Source: Candidatus Aenigmatarchaeota archaeon (GTDB lineage Archaea > Aenigmatarchaeota > Aenigmatarchaeia > CG10238-14 > SpSt-28). From it: DNA of 64,000 nucleotides. Shown here piece by piece: positions 29,643-39,557 of the stretch. The notes below the pieces were generated by a model. The model was not told the DNA's origin. It did no database searches and was given only the letters and a program-made list of their open reading frames with translations. Each line of letters begins with the position of its first letter. Position 1 is the first letter of the stretch. Location of the stretch: the NCBI GenBank assembly GCA_039000985.1, contig JAWBMD010000002.1, positions 38,369 through 102,368 of the forward strand, given 5' to 3'. A program made the translations under genes and the position numbers.

Positions 29643-30371
29643 ATGTTAACAATTGTAAGGGAAATAGCATCTCAAATATTTTTTTCTGCTATTAATTTAA
29701 TCCATAGTTTTGTAATTAGAAAAAGAATGAATAAAATATGTAGAATTATTAAAAATATTAAATTGAATAATTTAGATAGCATTTTCGATTTTTCTTATAA
29801 GTTTTGTAATGGCTTAATAAAACCAATGCAAATTAAAGAAGAGTTCATTGAGTTATTAAAAATAGTTAAAAGAGAAAAGCCTAAAAATTTTTTAGAAATT
29901 GGAACAGCTTTTGGCGGAACATTATTTTGCTTTTGCAGAATTTTACCGCAAAACTCAAAAATAATAAGCATAGATTTACCAAATGGTTATCTAGGCAGTG
30001 GATACCCTAAATGGAAACTTCCAATTTATAAATCATTTGCTAACAAAAACCAAAATCTATATTTAATTAGAGGAAACTCACAAAGCAAAACCGTAATAAG
30101 CATTATTAAGAAAATTCTGAATAATGAAAAGCTTGATTTTGTTTTTATAGATGGTGATCATAGATATAATCTAGTTAAAAAAGATTTTTATATTTATAAA
30201 AACTTTTGTAAAAAAGGAAGCATAATAGCTTTTCACGATATATTACCGGATACAATTAGAAAAACAGAAGTTTATAAGTTTTGGAATGAGATAAAAAACC
30301 AATACAAACACAAAGAAATTATTTCAAATAAAAATAATAAAGGTTTTGGTATAGGCTTAGTTTATCTTTAA
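29643..30371 (+). CDS. Class I SAM-dependent methyltransferase (Methyltransf_24-like)
   Basis: LEIGTAFGGT, FIDGDH, FHDI. Confidence 0.85.
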   Translation: MLTIVREIASQIFFSAINLIHSFVIRKRMNKICRIIKNIKLNNLDSIFDFSYKFCNGLIKPMQIKEEFIELLKIVKREKPKNFLEIGTAFGGTLFCFCRILPQNSKIISIDLPNGYLGSGYPKWKLPIYKSFANKNQNLYLIRGNSQSKTVISIIKKILNNEKLDFVFIDGDHRYNLVKKDFYIYKNFCKKGSIIAFHDILPDTIRKTEVYKFWNEIKNQYKHKEIISNKNNKGFGIGLVYL

Positions 30372-30414
30372 AGCTGTTAGAAATATTTGTTTTAAAAATA
30401 TTCAATATTTAAGT

Positions 30415-30488
30415 GGGCCCGTAGCTCAGTATGGTAGAGCGGCTGGCTCTTAACCAGTAGGTCGCGGGTTCAAATCCCGCCGGGCCCA
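30415..30488 (+). tRNA. tRNA-Lys(CTT)
   Basis: GGGCCCG/CGGGCCC acceptor stem, CTGG-CT-CTT-AA-CCAG anticodon arm. Confidence 0.95.
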
Positions 30489-30489
30489 A

Positions 30490-32997
30490 TTATGAGCCAA
30501 ACTTTTTAAAGAAAAAGTATTTTAAAACTTCAGCAATGCAAAAGTATGCTATCAAAATAAATGAAATTAAAATGATTAAATTACCGTTTAAAGGAACAAA
30601 TTCAAAATAAGAGCCTAAAGGTGAAAAAACTATTAGTATAGTTAATAATCCAAAAATTAATGATGATAAAATTAAAATTTCACTTGGTTTAGTTTTAAAG
30701 AATTCTTTTCTTGTCCTTATAACAAAAATTAAAAATATTTCTGAAAGAACAGAAAGAAGGAACCAAGCTGTTCTAAATATTTCAACACTAACTTTTAAAA
30801 TTAAAAGCATTGCCATTGTTGCTAAATCGAAAAATGAGCTTAAAAGTCCAAACAAAATACAAAACTTTTTTATAAAGTTGATATTCCAATGTCTTGGTTT
30901 TTTTAATTCTTCTTCATCAATTCTATCTGTTGAAATAGAAAGTAAAGGACCGTCTGTAACTAAGTTTGTTAAAAGAATTTGAGATGGTAGCATTGGTAAA
31001 AAATTTAAAATTGGGGAAATAATTGCTAATGTTGTCATGTTCCCCATGTTTGCAGAAAGTGTATTTAATAAATATTTAGTTGTATTACCAAAACATCTTC
31101 TACCTTCAATTATCCCATCCAAAATTACATTTAAGCTTTTTTTGGTTAAAATTATATCGGAAGCTTCCTTAGCTATATCAACTCCATTTTCAACAGAAAT
31201 GCCAACATCAGCTTTTCTAAGTGCTGGAGCGTCATTTGCCCCATCTCCTAAAAAACCAACAACATGACCATTTTTTCTAAGAGCTTCTATTATTTTAACT
31301 TTTTGATTAGGAGTTAACCTAACGAACAAATTGCTTTCTTCAACAGCTTTTTGTAACTCAGTTTCATTCATCGATTGTATTTCTGCTCCGCTCAAAACAC
31401 CTTTAATTTCTATATCAACTTCTCTCATTACATGCTCAGCAATTAGAGCATTATCTCCAGTTAATATTTTAATTTCAATTCCAAGTTTTTTTAACATGTT
31501 TACAACTTCTTTAACTTCGTGTTTTGGTGGATCTGTAAAGCAAAGAAAACCAAGCAATATTAAATTGCTTTCATCATTTATGCTATACTTTTCTTTTTTC
31601 TCTATTGGCTTTTCTGAAATAGCTATTACTCTATAACCTTTTTTAAACAAATCTTCAAGAATTTCATTAACAAATTTTTTATCAAGCTCAACAATTTTAC
31701 CATTTTTCTTCATGAACGAACAAATAGAAATAATGCTTTCGGGAGCACCTTTACATATTAAAAAAATTTCTCCATCTTTTTTTATAATACTGCTTATTCT
31801 TTTCCTTTCATAATCAAAAGGAATTAAATCCAAAACTTCATATCTTTTTGGAAAAGATTTTGCAAATTCTGCTATTGCAACATCTATGGAATTGCCTTTA
31901 AACTTATCTCTTTTTCTAACAATAGAAAGAGCTGTAGATGCAAGCAAAATAACTTCTATGTTTCTTTCTTCATTTAAATCTAAATAATCAACAAGTTTTA
32001 TTTTATTTTGTGTTAATGTACCAGTTTTATCTATGCACAAAACATCTACATTACCAAAATTTTCAATAGCTACCAATTTTTTCGTTATAGCTCCCTTACT
32101 TGCCATTTTCATCGAGCTATTTGATAAACTTATTGTTATGATTATTGGTAAAGCTTCCGGCACTATACCTACAGCTAAAGCTAAAGAAAATAAAAGTGAA
32201 TCCAAAACTTTTTTTCCTAAAATGGAATTTATAAAAAATATAAAAATTAAACCAGTAATAACTATTAACATTAAAAGCTCACTTAATTTTTTTATACTCT
32301 TTTGGTAATGTGTAATTGGTTCCTCGGCTTTTAAATAACCAGCTATTTCACCGAATGTGCTCTTCATTCCAGTTGATATAACAATCCCTTTTCCCTTTCC
32401 ATTAGTTACTAAAGTTCCCATAAAAGCAATATTTTTCATTTCACTTGGTTGCAATTTTTCTTTTAATATTGGTTCAGCTACTTTTTGAACTGGAAATGAT
32501 TCCCCAGTTATTAAAGATTCATCTATTTCTAATTCATCGACTTCTATTAAACGAAGATCAGCAGGTACTCTATCACCAGTTTCCAACAAAACTATATCTC
32601 CAGGAACTAGATATCTTGTATCTATTTCAACTAAATTACCGTCCCTTAAAACTTTGGTATAATATTTTATTAATTTACAAAGCTTTCTTAAAGCTTTTTC
32701 TGATTTATATTCTTGAACAAAACCAAGTAAAGAATTTATGAATAGTATTGCTAATATAATAATGGATTCAGTAACACTTTCTGTAATATAAGCAATTATA
32801 GCTGCTATAAAAAGTAAAAGCAATAAAGGATCTTTAAGTTGTGAAAAATAAATACTAATAGCTGATTTTTCCATTCTTTTTGGAATATCGTTTAAACCAT
32901 AAATAGATAATCTTCTTTTTGCCTCTTTTTCAGTTAATCCTTCACTAGATGAACCAAGCTCTTTTATTACTTCTTCACTACTTTTATACCAGTGCAT
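30490..32997 (-). CDS. mgtA: P-type cation ATPase, Mg2+-translocating (MgtA-like)
   Basis: TGES, PEALP, DKTGT, GDGAND and QILLTNL. Substrate is inferred. Confidence 0.8.
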   Translation of the reverse strand: MHWYKSSEEVIKELGSSSEGLTEKEAKRRLSIYGLNDIPKRMEKSAISIYFSQLKDPLLLLLFIAAIIAYITESVTESIIILAILFINSLLGFVQEYKSEKALRKLCKLIKYYTKVLRDGNLVEIDTRYLVPGDIVLLETGDRVPADLRLIEVDELEIDESLITGESFPVQKVAEPILKEKLQPSEMKNIAFMGTLVTNGKGKGIVISTGMKSTFGEIAGYLKAEEPITHYQKSIKKLSELLMLIVITGLIFIFFINSILGKKVLDSLLFSLALAVGIVPEALPIIITISLSNSSMKMASKGAITKKLVAIENFGNVDVLCIDKTGTLTQNKIKLVDYLDLNEERNIEVILLASTALSIVRKRDKFKGNSIDVAIAEFAKSFPKRYEVLDLIPFDYERKRISSIIKKDGEIFLICKGAPESIISICSFMKKNGKIVELDKKFVNEILEDLFKKGYRVIAISEKPIEKKEKYSINDESNLILLGFLCFTDPPKHEVKEVVNMLKKLGIEIKILTGDNALIAEHVMREVDIEIKGVLSGAEIQSMNETELQKAVEESNLFVRLTPNQKVKIIEALRKNGHVVGFLGDGANDAPALRKADVGISVENGVDIAKEASDIILTKKSLNVILDGIIEGRRCFGNTTKYLLNTLSANMGNMTTLAIISPILNFLPMLPSQILLTNLVTDGPLLSISTDRIDEEELKKPRHWNINFIKKFCILFGLLSSFFDLATMAMLLILKVSVEIFRTAWFLLSVLSEIFLIFVIRTRKEFFKTKPSEILILSSLIFGLLTILIVFSPLGSYFEFVPLNGNLIILISFILIAYFCIAEVLKYFFFKKFGS

Positions 32998-33028
32998 AAT
33001 TTAATAAATAATTATTAATCTAAATTCA

Positions 33029-34309
33029 ATGCAAGCAGTTAAAGGAACAAGAGATTTTCTACCAGAAGAAATGATTTTAAGAGAAAAAATAATTGAAAAT
33101 TTTAAATCAACATTTGAGCTTTTTGGCTTCCAGCCAATTGAAACACCAGCAATAGAAGAATGGAATGTCTTAGCAAAAAAAGGAGGTGGGGGTGAAGATA
33201 TTTTAAGTGAAGCCTTTAGCTTTGAAGATAAAGGTAAAAGAAAAGTTGGTTTAAGATATGATTTAACAGTTCCTTTAGCTAGAGTAATAGCAAGCAATCC
33301 CACACTACCTTTACCATTCAAAAGATATCAAATTGGTAAAGTATGGAGATATGGTGATGTAGCAAAAGGTAGGTTAAGAGAATTTTTACAATGCGATATA
33401 GATATCGTTGGTAGTGAAAGTATGTTAGCTGATGCAGAAGTTCTTGCTTGTGCAACTAAAGCATTGGAAAGCATAAATCTAAAAAATTTTTTTATAAGAA
33501 TTAATAATAGAAAAATTTTAAGTGGAATCATAAGTTATGTTGGAATAAATGAAAATGTTTCACTAAATGTTATTAGAACTATTGACAAGCTTGATAAAAT
33601 TGGTTTAAATGGTGTAGAAAAAAAACTTAAAGAGTTAAAAATACAAGAAATCTTAGTTAAAAAAATTTTAGATTTCATTAAAATAGATGGCGAGCCAAAA
33701 GATGTTTTAAAGAAAGTTGAAGAAATAATAGGAAATTTTAAAAATTGTATTAGCGAAATGGAAGAATTATTCAATTACTTAAAAATGTTTAATATCTATG
33801 ATAAAGTGAAATTTGATATTAGCTTAGCTAGAGGTCTAGATTATTATACAGGTCCTATATTTGAAATCCTTGCTGAGAAAAAAATAGGAAGTATTGCTGG
33901 TGGAGGAAGATATGATAAATTAATTGCTTTATTTACCGGTAAAGATATCCCAGCTACAGGTATAAGTTTAGGGCTTGAAAGAATTTTAGAGTTAATTAAT
34001 ATAGAAGCACCAAAAACAAAAGTAAAAGCTTATATTGTTGCAACAAGTGAAAAGCTTATTGAAAACGTTATAAAAATAGCTAATGAACTAAGAAAAAATA
34101 ACATAGCTACTGATTTTAACATTAGAAAAAGATCATTAGAAAAGCAATTGGAATATGCTGATTCTCTTCAAATTCCTTATGTTATTATAGTTGGAGAAAG
34201 AGAATTAAGAAATAATATTGTTAAAGTAAAAGATATGAAAGAAAGAAGGGAAATAGAAGTAAGAATAAACGAGCTTGTTAAATTCTTCTACCCAGCTCGA
34301 ACGCTCTAA
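33029..34309 (+). CDS. hisS: Histidine--tRNA ligase
   Basis: GTRDF, LRYDLT, GRLREF, RGLDYYTG, GGGRYD. Confidence 0.95.
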   Translation: MQAVKGTRDFLPEEMILREKIIENFKSTFELFGFQPIETPAIEEWNVLAKKGGGGEDILSEAFSFEDKGKRKVGLRYDLTVPLARVIASNPTLPLPFKRYQIGKVWRYGDVAKGRLREFLQCDIDIVGSESMLADAEVLACATKALESINLKNFFIRINNRKILSGIISYVGINENVSLNVIRTIDKLDKIGLNGVEKKLKELKIQEILVKKILDFIKIDGEPKDVLKKVEEIIGNFKNCISEMEELFNYLKMFNIYDKVKFDISLARGLDYYTGPIFEILAEKKIGSIAGGGRYDKLIALFTGKDIPATGISLGLERILELINIEAPKTKVKAYIVATSEKLIENVIKIANELRKNNIATDFNIRKRSLEKQLEYADSLQIPYVIIVGERELRNNIVKVKDMKERREIEVRINELVKFFYPARTL

Positions 34310-34376
34310 CCAGGCTGAGCTACTGGCCCATTGTGGGCCAGAAGGGATTCGAACCCTTGACCTTTCGGTTATCAGC
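34298..34376 (-). tRNA. Circularly permuted tRNA-Ile(GAT): 3' half 34376-34334 precedes 5' half 34329-34298
   Basis: The joined halves give a complete 75-nt cloverleaf. Flanks 34383-34392 and 34287-34296 are perfectly complementary and close a BHB. Confidence 0.92.
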
Positions 34377-34421
34377 TTCGTTGCTGGGTAGATCTATAAA
34401 AAATTTTAATTTATTTAAATA

Positions 34422-35333
34422 TTATTTGCTTTTAATTTTTTCAGCTATTTGGTCTATAACTTTTTGAACATCAATACCTTCAGCTAATCCAATACCAGAT
34501 ACTAAAGAATTTGTTACACTTGAAAAATTAGCTGGCAAAATTATTTTTGAGTTCGGACTACTTCCTATTTTTTCCAGAGCTTTTAAATAAAGATAATTTA
34601 TTGCATTTGGATTTAGTCTTTCTGCCGCATCTCCCAAAACCTCTATTAAAACTCTTTTTGCTTCTGCTTCGAATCTTGCAGCTAATGCCTCTTGCTCACT
34701 TGTTAATGGTTTTATTAAAGCATTTAGCACTTCTTCTGGTAATTTAATATTCTGTACTTGTATTGTAACAATGTTAACTCCCCATTGCTGTAAAGCAAAA
34801 ACAACATTTTTTTCTAATTCTTTTCCTATTTCATCTATCATTGAAAATATTTCCCTCATTGCAAAGTTGCTCATTCCACTTCTTATACTTCCCATTAAAT
34901 AATTAAAAAGAACATCTTCCAAAACAGTAACTTGTAAAACAGCTTTTTTAGGATCTGCTATTCCATAAAAAATTGCTACATTTGTATAAAGCGGTATATC
35001 ATCCTTAGAATAAACTTGTATGTTTTCAAGTACTTTACTTCTCGTTCTAATATCAATTCTTTTAAATTCTTGCTCTATAAAAGGAATAACAATGCTCCAA
35101 CCAGGACCGGCTATTCTATTAAACTTGCCAAATCTATATATTATAGCTCTTTCTGTTTCTCCATAAGTTTTAACAAATGTGAAAAAGAATCCTATAATAA
35201 ACAAAGTTAACAGAAATATTGGCACAAATAATGAACCTATTATTTTGAATACAAAATTACCGAATATTAATGATAAAAGCAGTATAAAAGCAATCAGCCC
35301 TAAAAATCCAAATACAATCTTACCTATCTCCAT
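34422..35333 (-). CDS. SPFH/band 7 (stomatin-like) membrane protein
   Basis: ERAIIYRFGKF..GPGW..IPFIE. Likely start MEIGK at 35333. Confidence 0.85.
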   Translation of the reverse strand: MEIGKIVFGFLGLIAFILLLSLIFGNFVFKIIGSLFVPIFLLTLFIIGFFFTFVKTYGETERAIIYRFGKFNRIAGPGWSIVIPFIEQEFKRIDIRTRSKVLENIQVYSKDDIPLYTNVAIFYGIADPKKAVLQVTVLEDVLFNYLMGSIRSGMSNFAMREIFSMIDEIGKELEKNVVFALQQWGVNIVTIQVQNIKLPEEVLNALIKPLTSEQEALAARFEAEAKRVLIEVLGDAAERLNPNAINYLYLKALEKIGSSPNSKIILPANFSSVTNSLVSGIGLAEGIDVQKVIDQIAEKIKSK

Positions 35334-35385
35334 ACAATTATCTTTTAGATTATGTAATTTAAATAAATAAAAGAAATTTAAAGTT

Positions 35386-35442
35386 ATGAAAAAACTAATA
35401 GAAAAGCTAAAAGGTTTGTTTGGAAAAAAGAAAAAAGAATAG
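35386..35442 (+). CDS. Putative 18 aa amphipathic peptide MKKLIEKLKGLFGKKKKE
   Basis: ATG lies 20 nt after TTTAAATA (35358-35365), directly upstream of valS. Confidence 0.4.
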   Translation: MKKLIEKLKGLFGKKKKE

Positions 35443-35457
35443 AAAGAAAAATAATTC

Positions 35458-37692
35458 ATGGAAAAGGCGTGGAATAAAACAATTGAAGAAAACTTTAAAG
35501 AGAAGTTTATAGTGAACCAGAAAGAAAAAAAGAAAATAGTAGTAATAGATACACCACCACCTTATCCTGGTCCTTTTTGGCATATGGGAGCAGCAATGAG
35601 TTATGTATTACAAGATGTAGTTGCTAGAATATTTAGAATGAGAGGTTTTAAGGTAATATTTCCAATTGGTTTTGATAGAAATGGTATACCTGTTGAGTGG
35701 TATGTTGAAAAATATGAAAATATAAAGATATCTGATTTACCAAGAAAAGAATTTTTAGAAGTTTGTAAAAAAAGCTTAGATAAATATGTTGAAAGAATGG
35801 AAAATATAATGAAAAGGCTTTTGTTGAGCTTTGATTTTGAAAATAAATACTTTACTGATAGCGATGAATACAAAGCTTTTGTTCAGAAAACTTTTAAAGA
35901 ATCTTTTGATAAAAGGCTTATTTATGAAGATGTTAAGCCATCGATTTTTTGTCCGCATTGTAAAACAACAATAGCATTAGCAGAAATAGAAAGAGAAGAA
36001 GTTGAAGGAGAATTATATTATATAAAATTTTCTATAGAAAATAGTGAAGAAAAAATAACAATAGCGACAACAAGACCAGAATTATTAGAAGCTTGCAGGT
36101 TAATTGTTTTTCACTCTAAAGATAAAAGATATAAACATTTAGAAAACAAAAAAGCTATAGTACCATTATTTAATTTTTCTGTACCTATTAAAAAAAGAAA
36201 TGATGTTGATATGAATTTTGGTACTGGAATTATGATGGTTTGTTCTTATGGTGATTTAGATGATGTTAAAATTTTGAATGAAGAAAAAATAGAACCAAAA
36301 ATAATATTTGATGAAAATGGTTTATATAAAGGAAAAACAAGTTTAGAATTAAGAAAAGAAATTGTTGAAAGTTTAGAAAAGCTTGGATTAATAGAAAAGA
36401 AAGAAAAAATAACTCAAAACATTCCTTTACATGATAAATGCAAAACAAGAATAGAAATAATTCCATTAAAGGAATTTTTTTTAAATCAAATAGAATTTAA
36501 AGATAAAATGCTTGAAATAGCAAAAGAACTAAAAGTAGTTCCAAAAGTTTATAAAAAAAGATTAATAGATTGGATTAAATCAATTTCAATGGATTGGCCA
36601 ATTTCGAGAAGAAGATACTATGCCACAGAAATACCAATTTGGTATTGTAAAAATTGTAATTATATTTATATTCCAAATGATGATAAACCACATAAACCAT
36701 GGTTAGAGAATTTAGATATTGAATGCCCATCATGTAAATCAAAAGAATGGACTGGTGAAACAAGAACCTTAGATACTTGGTTTAGCAGCTCAGTTTCATT
36801 ACTTTTTATAACTAGAAATTTAAATGAAAATTTTATATCAATAAGACCTCAAGGTTATGAAATAATTAGAACATGGCTATATTACTCTTTATTAAGGGTT
36901 TTCCAACTAAAAAACAAAAAAGCTTTTGACATAGCTTTAATTCATGGCATGGGCTTAGATGAATTTGGTAGAAAAATGAGCAAAAGCCTTGGTAATGTAA
37001 TTTATCCAGAAGAAATAATAGAGCAACATGGAGCAGAACCAGCTAGACTTTGGTTCATGATGGAATATTCAATTGGAAGTGATTATAAAATTAGCAAAGA
37101 AAAAATAGCCGGATATAAAAGATTTTTAACAAAATTAATAAACATAGCAAATTTTATAAAACAATTTGAATATTGTGAAACTAACAATTTAGAAATAAGT
37201 GATAAATGGATTATAACAGAAATTTTATTGTTAAAGGAATTTGTTCTGAAAAATTATAAAAATTTCAAAATAAATGTTGCTTTGCAAAAATTGCATGACT
37301 TTGTTGTTAATGTTTTTTCATCAAATTATATTGAAATGATTAAAAAAAGAGCTTTTGAAAAAAATAAAAGCGCTATATATGCATTATATTTTTGTTTTGG
37401 GGAAATACTTAAATTACTTTATCCAGTTATACCAGCAACAACAACAAATTTATTTAAAGAATTATATGGAAAAGATATTGAAAACTTTGGTAAGATAAAA
37501 AGAAAACTAATAGATAAAAGCCTTTCGGAATTAACTAATGATTTGCTTAATTTCAATAGCTATGTTTGGAAATTGAAAAAAGAAAAAAACATTAGCTTGA
37601 AAGATGCTATAGATGTAAAAATACCGGAAAAGCTAAAAATTTTTGAGCAAGACTTAAAAAGAATGCATAACATTATGGAGAAATCTTCTTAA
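35458..37692 (+). CDS. valS: Valine--tRNA ligase
   Basis: IDTPPPY, HMGA (HIGH variant), ATTRPE, WPISRRR, KMSKS. Confidence 0.93.
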   Translation: MEKAWNKTIEENFKEKFIVNQKEKKKIVVIDTPPPYPGPFWHMGAAMSYVLQDVVARIFRMRGFKVIFPIGFDRNGIPVEWYVEKYENIKISDLPRKEFLEVCKKSLDKYVERMENIMKRLLLSFDFENKYFTDSDEYKAFVQKTFKESFDKRLIYEDVKPSIFCPHCKTTIALAEIEREEVEGELYYIKFSIENSEEKITIATTRPELLEACRLIVFHSKDKRYKHLENKKAIVPLFNFSVPIKKRNDVDMNFGTGIMMVCSYGDLDDVKILNEEKIEPKIIFDENGLYKGKTSLELRKEIVESLEKLGLIEKKEKITQNIPLHDKCKTRIEIIPLKEFFLNQIEFKDKMLEIAKELKVVPKVYKKRLIDWIKSISMDWPISRRRYYATEIPIWYCKNCNYIYIPNDDKPHKPWLENLDIECPSCKSKEWTGETRTLDTWFSSSVSLLFITRNLNENFISIRPQGYEIIRTWLYYSLLRVFQLKNKKAFDIALIHGMGLDEFGRKMSKSLGNVIYPEEIIEQHGAEPARLWFMMEYSIGSDYKISKEKIAGYKRFLTKLINIANFIKQFEYCETNNLEISDKWIITEILLLKEFVLKNYKNFKINVALQKLHDFVVNVFSSNYIEMIKKRAFEKNKSAIYALYFCFGEILKLLYPVIPATTTNLFKELYGKDIENFGKIKRKLIDKSLSELTNDLLNFNSYVWKLKKEKNISLKDAIDVKIPEKLKIFEQDLKRMHNIMEKSS

Positions 37693-37822
37693 TCCAAGTT
37701 ATATCTATTAAAAATTTTAGCTTCTCTATTATAACATCTTTGAAAATAACTATAAAAACTATAAAAATTGTGATTAAAATCAAAGCTATTAACCAGCTCA
37801 CTTTTTCCCCAACTACTGTCAT
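37673..37822 (-). CDS. Small single-TM protein (49 aa)
   Basis: MTVVGEKVSWLIALILITIFIVFIVIF... The ATG overlaps the stop of the upstream ORF. Confidence 0.55.
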   Translation of the reverse strand: MTVVGEKVSWLIALILITIFIVFIVIFKDVIIEKLKFLIDITWIKKISP

Positions 37823-38352
37823 TATATTAATTTTAGTGCGGAAATTATAAATTTAACTAGAATTTTATCAAAATCATTTTTATTTTTATATTTTAAAAAA
37901 ACCAAATTTTTATCAACAAAAATTTCTGTTTTGTTTGAATATATTGGATCTACAAAAACTATTCCAACTTCATTTTCATTTATTGTATAATTTTTCAGGT
38001 CTTCATATTTTTCTACTATTAGTGGAGAAAATTTTAATGTATAATTGTTCAATTCATAAAACATTGTTAGTTTATTAACTATATCGAAAAACCCAATTGA
38101 AGTTAAATTCAAAAACTTACTTTCATTAACAATAAACAAATATATTCTTGTTAAATTTTTGTTTAAAAATAGATTGCTTAAATCATAATTTACCTTAACA
38201 TTTAAAGCTTCTATATAAGGTTTTCTAAAAATGAATTTAACTCCATATTTTTCTATAATGCTAAACTTTTCCAAATAAAATCTTTTTAAGTATGGAATCG
38301 AAATAACTACAAATATTATTAGTATTACTGCTAAAACCTTATAATTTACCAT
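37822..38352 (-). CDS. Membrane-anchored hypothetical protein
   Basis: N-terminal TM segment, 176 aa. Confidence 0.65.
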   Translation of the reverse strand: MVNYKVLAVILIIFVVISIPYLKRFYLEKFSIIEKYGVKFIFRKPYIEALNVKVNYDLSNLFLNKNLTRIYLFIVNESKFLNLTSIGFFDIVNKLTMFYELNNYTLKFSPLIVEKYEDLKNYTINENEVGIVFVDPIYSNKTEIFVDKNLVFLKYKNKNDFDKILVKFIISALKLI

Positions 38353-38379
38353 ATAATTTATTTGCTTGTAATTAATTTT

Positions 38380-38850
38380 ATGAAGTGTATTAGTCCATTA
38401 ATAGCTACTTTACTACTAATATCATTCACAGTTGCAGTATCTGTAATAATTTTCAATTGGGGAATTCCATTTTTTAGAAAAATGGCAAGTGATGTTGGTA
38501 ATAAAACATCTACTGAGTTAGAGTGTAAAAATGGTGCAGTTGTATTAGAAAATTTAAGGTTTTGTAATGATTGGCTATATATGGAAATTAGAAATAGAGG
38601 AAACATAGATCTTACTGGTTTAGCTTTAGCAATATTTTATACAAACAATTCTCAATTTCAATACCCTTTATGTTTTGCTGGTAATAAAGTTGTTGTTTGT
38701 AGCAATGATGAATATAATTTAACTTTAAGAGTTAATGTTGTTTATGTTTTTAACATAACAGCAAATTCAAATATAGACTTTTTATATTTAAAAACTAGTT
38801 GTCCAAATGTATACGATAGAGTCTCCTCGACACTTATAGAATTTTGTTAA
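38380..38850 (+). CDS. Archaeal type IV pilin-like protein
   Basis: MKC-ISPLIATLLLISFTVAVSVIIFNW, resembling a class III signal peptide. Confidence 0.8.
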   Translation: MKCISPLIATLLLISFTVAVSVIIFNWGIPFFRKMASDVGNKTSTELECKNGAVVLENLRFCNDWLYMEIRNRGNIDLTGLALAIFYTNNSQFQYPLCFAGNKVVVCSNDEYNLTLRVNVVYVFNITANSNIDFLYLKTSCPNVYDRVSSTLIEFC

Positions 38851-39557
38851 AAATGAAATTTAGCATTGTAATTCCTGCACTTAATGAAGAAAAATATATT
38901 GAAAACTGTTTAATTTCTGTTTTAGATCAAACTTATAAAAATTATGAAATAATTGTTGTCGTTGATAAAAGATCAAAAGATAAAACGTATGAAATTGCAA
39001 AAAAGTATACAAAAAATGTTTATTACTGTGAAAAGAAAGGTATAGCTGGTAGTAGAAATTTTGGTGCAAGACTTGCAAAAGGAGATGTATTGCTATTTTT
39101 AGATGCTGATACAATAGTGCTACCAAATTTATTAGAAGCATTTAACAAGCATTTAAAAGATAAAAAAGTAGTTGGTTGCGCTTGTCCTAAGCTTCCTATA
39201 AAATATGATGCAAAGTTTATTTTGGCATTTATAGTTTATAACAATTATGAAGAGCTATCCTTGAAAGTTGGTAAGCCAAATATAGCTGGATGTATTTCTG
39301 CATACAAAAAAAAGTATTTTGATATGGTTAATGGTTTTGATGAAAGGTTGAAAGTTCTAGAGGATTTCGATTTATCTAACAGAATATCTAAGCTTGGAAA
39401 AATTGTTTACACAAAAGACACATTTGTATTAACTTCAACAAGAAGATTGGAAAAGTGGGGCCTTTTCAAATCTTTTGTTAACTATACAAACTATTACTTA
39501 AAATTTTTAACTTTCAAAGAGCTCTTAAAAAAAGAAAAGTTTGAAGTTATAAGGTGA
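38844..39557 (+). CDS. Glycosyltransferase family 2
   Basis: VIPALNEE, RNFGA, FLDAD, GFDE..ED, TSTRR. Confidence 0.9.
   Translation: MLKMKFSIVIPALNEEKYIENCLISVLDQTYKNYEIIVVVDKRSKDKTYEIAKKYTKNVYYCEKKGIAGSRNFGARLAKGDVLLFLDADTIVLPNLLEAFNKHLKDKKVVGCACPKLPIKYDAKFILAFIVYNNYEELSLKVGKPNIAGCISAYKKKYFDMVNGFDERLKVLEDFDLSNRISKLGKIVYTKDTFVLTSTRRLEKWGLFKSFVNYTNYYLKFLTFKELLKKEKFEVIR

Noticed and set aside
34298..34376. Two broken tRNA genes, an attachment-site remnant or a trans-spliced split tRNA
   Set aside because: The halves do not overlap, complete each other exactly, lie 4 nt apart on one strand and are bracketed by one BHB. That fits permutation better.
35334..35459. Long 5' extensions in the ORF track (also 45451-45849 and 16371-16472)
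   Set aside because: They overlap opposite-strand genes or promoters. Downstream ATGs match the family N-termini.
35578..35595. ValS HIGH motif variant WHMGAA as a sign of inactivation
   Set aside because: The ORF is intact with KMSKS and the other motifs, and HIGH variants are tolerated in this family.
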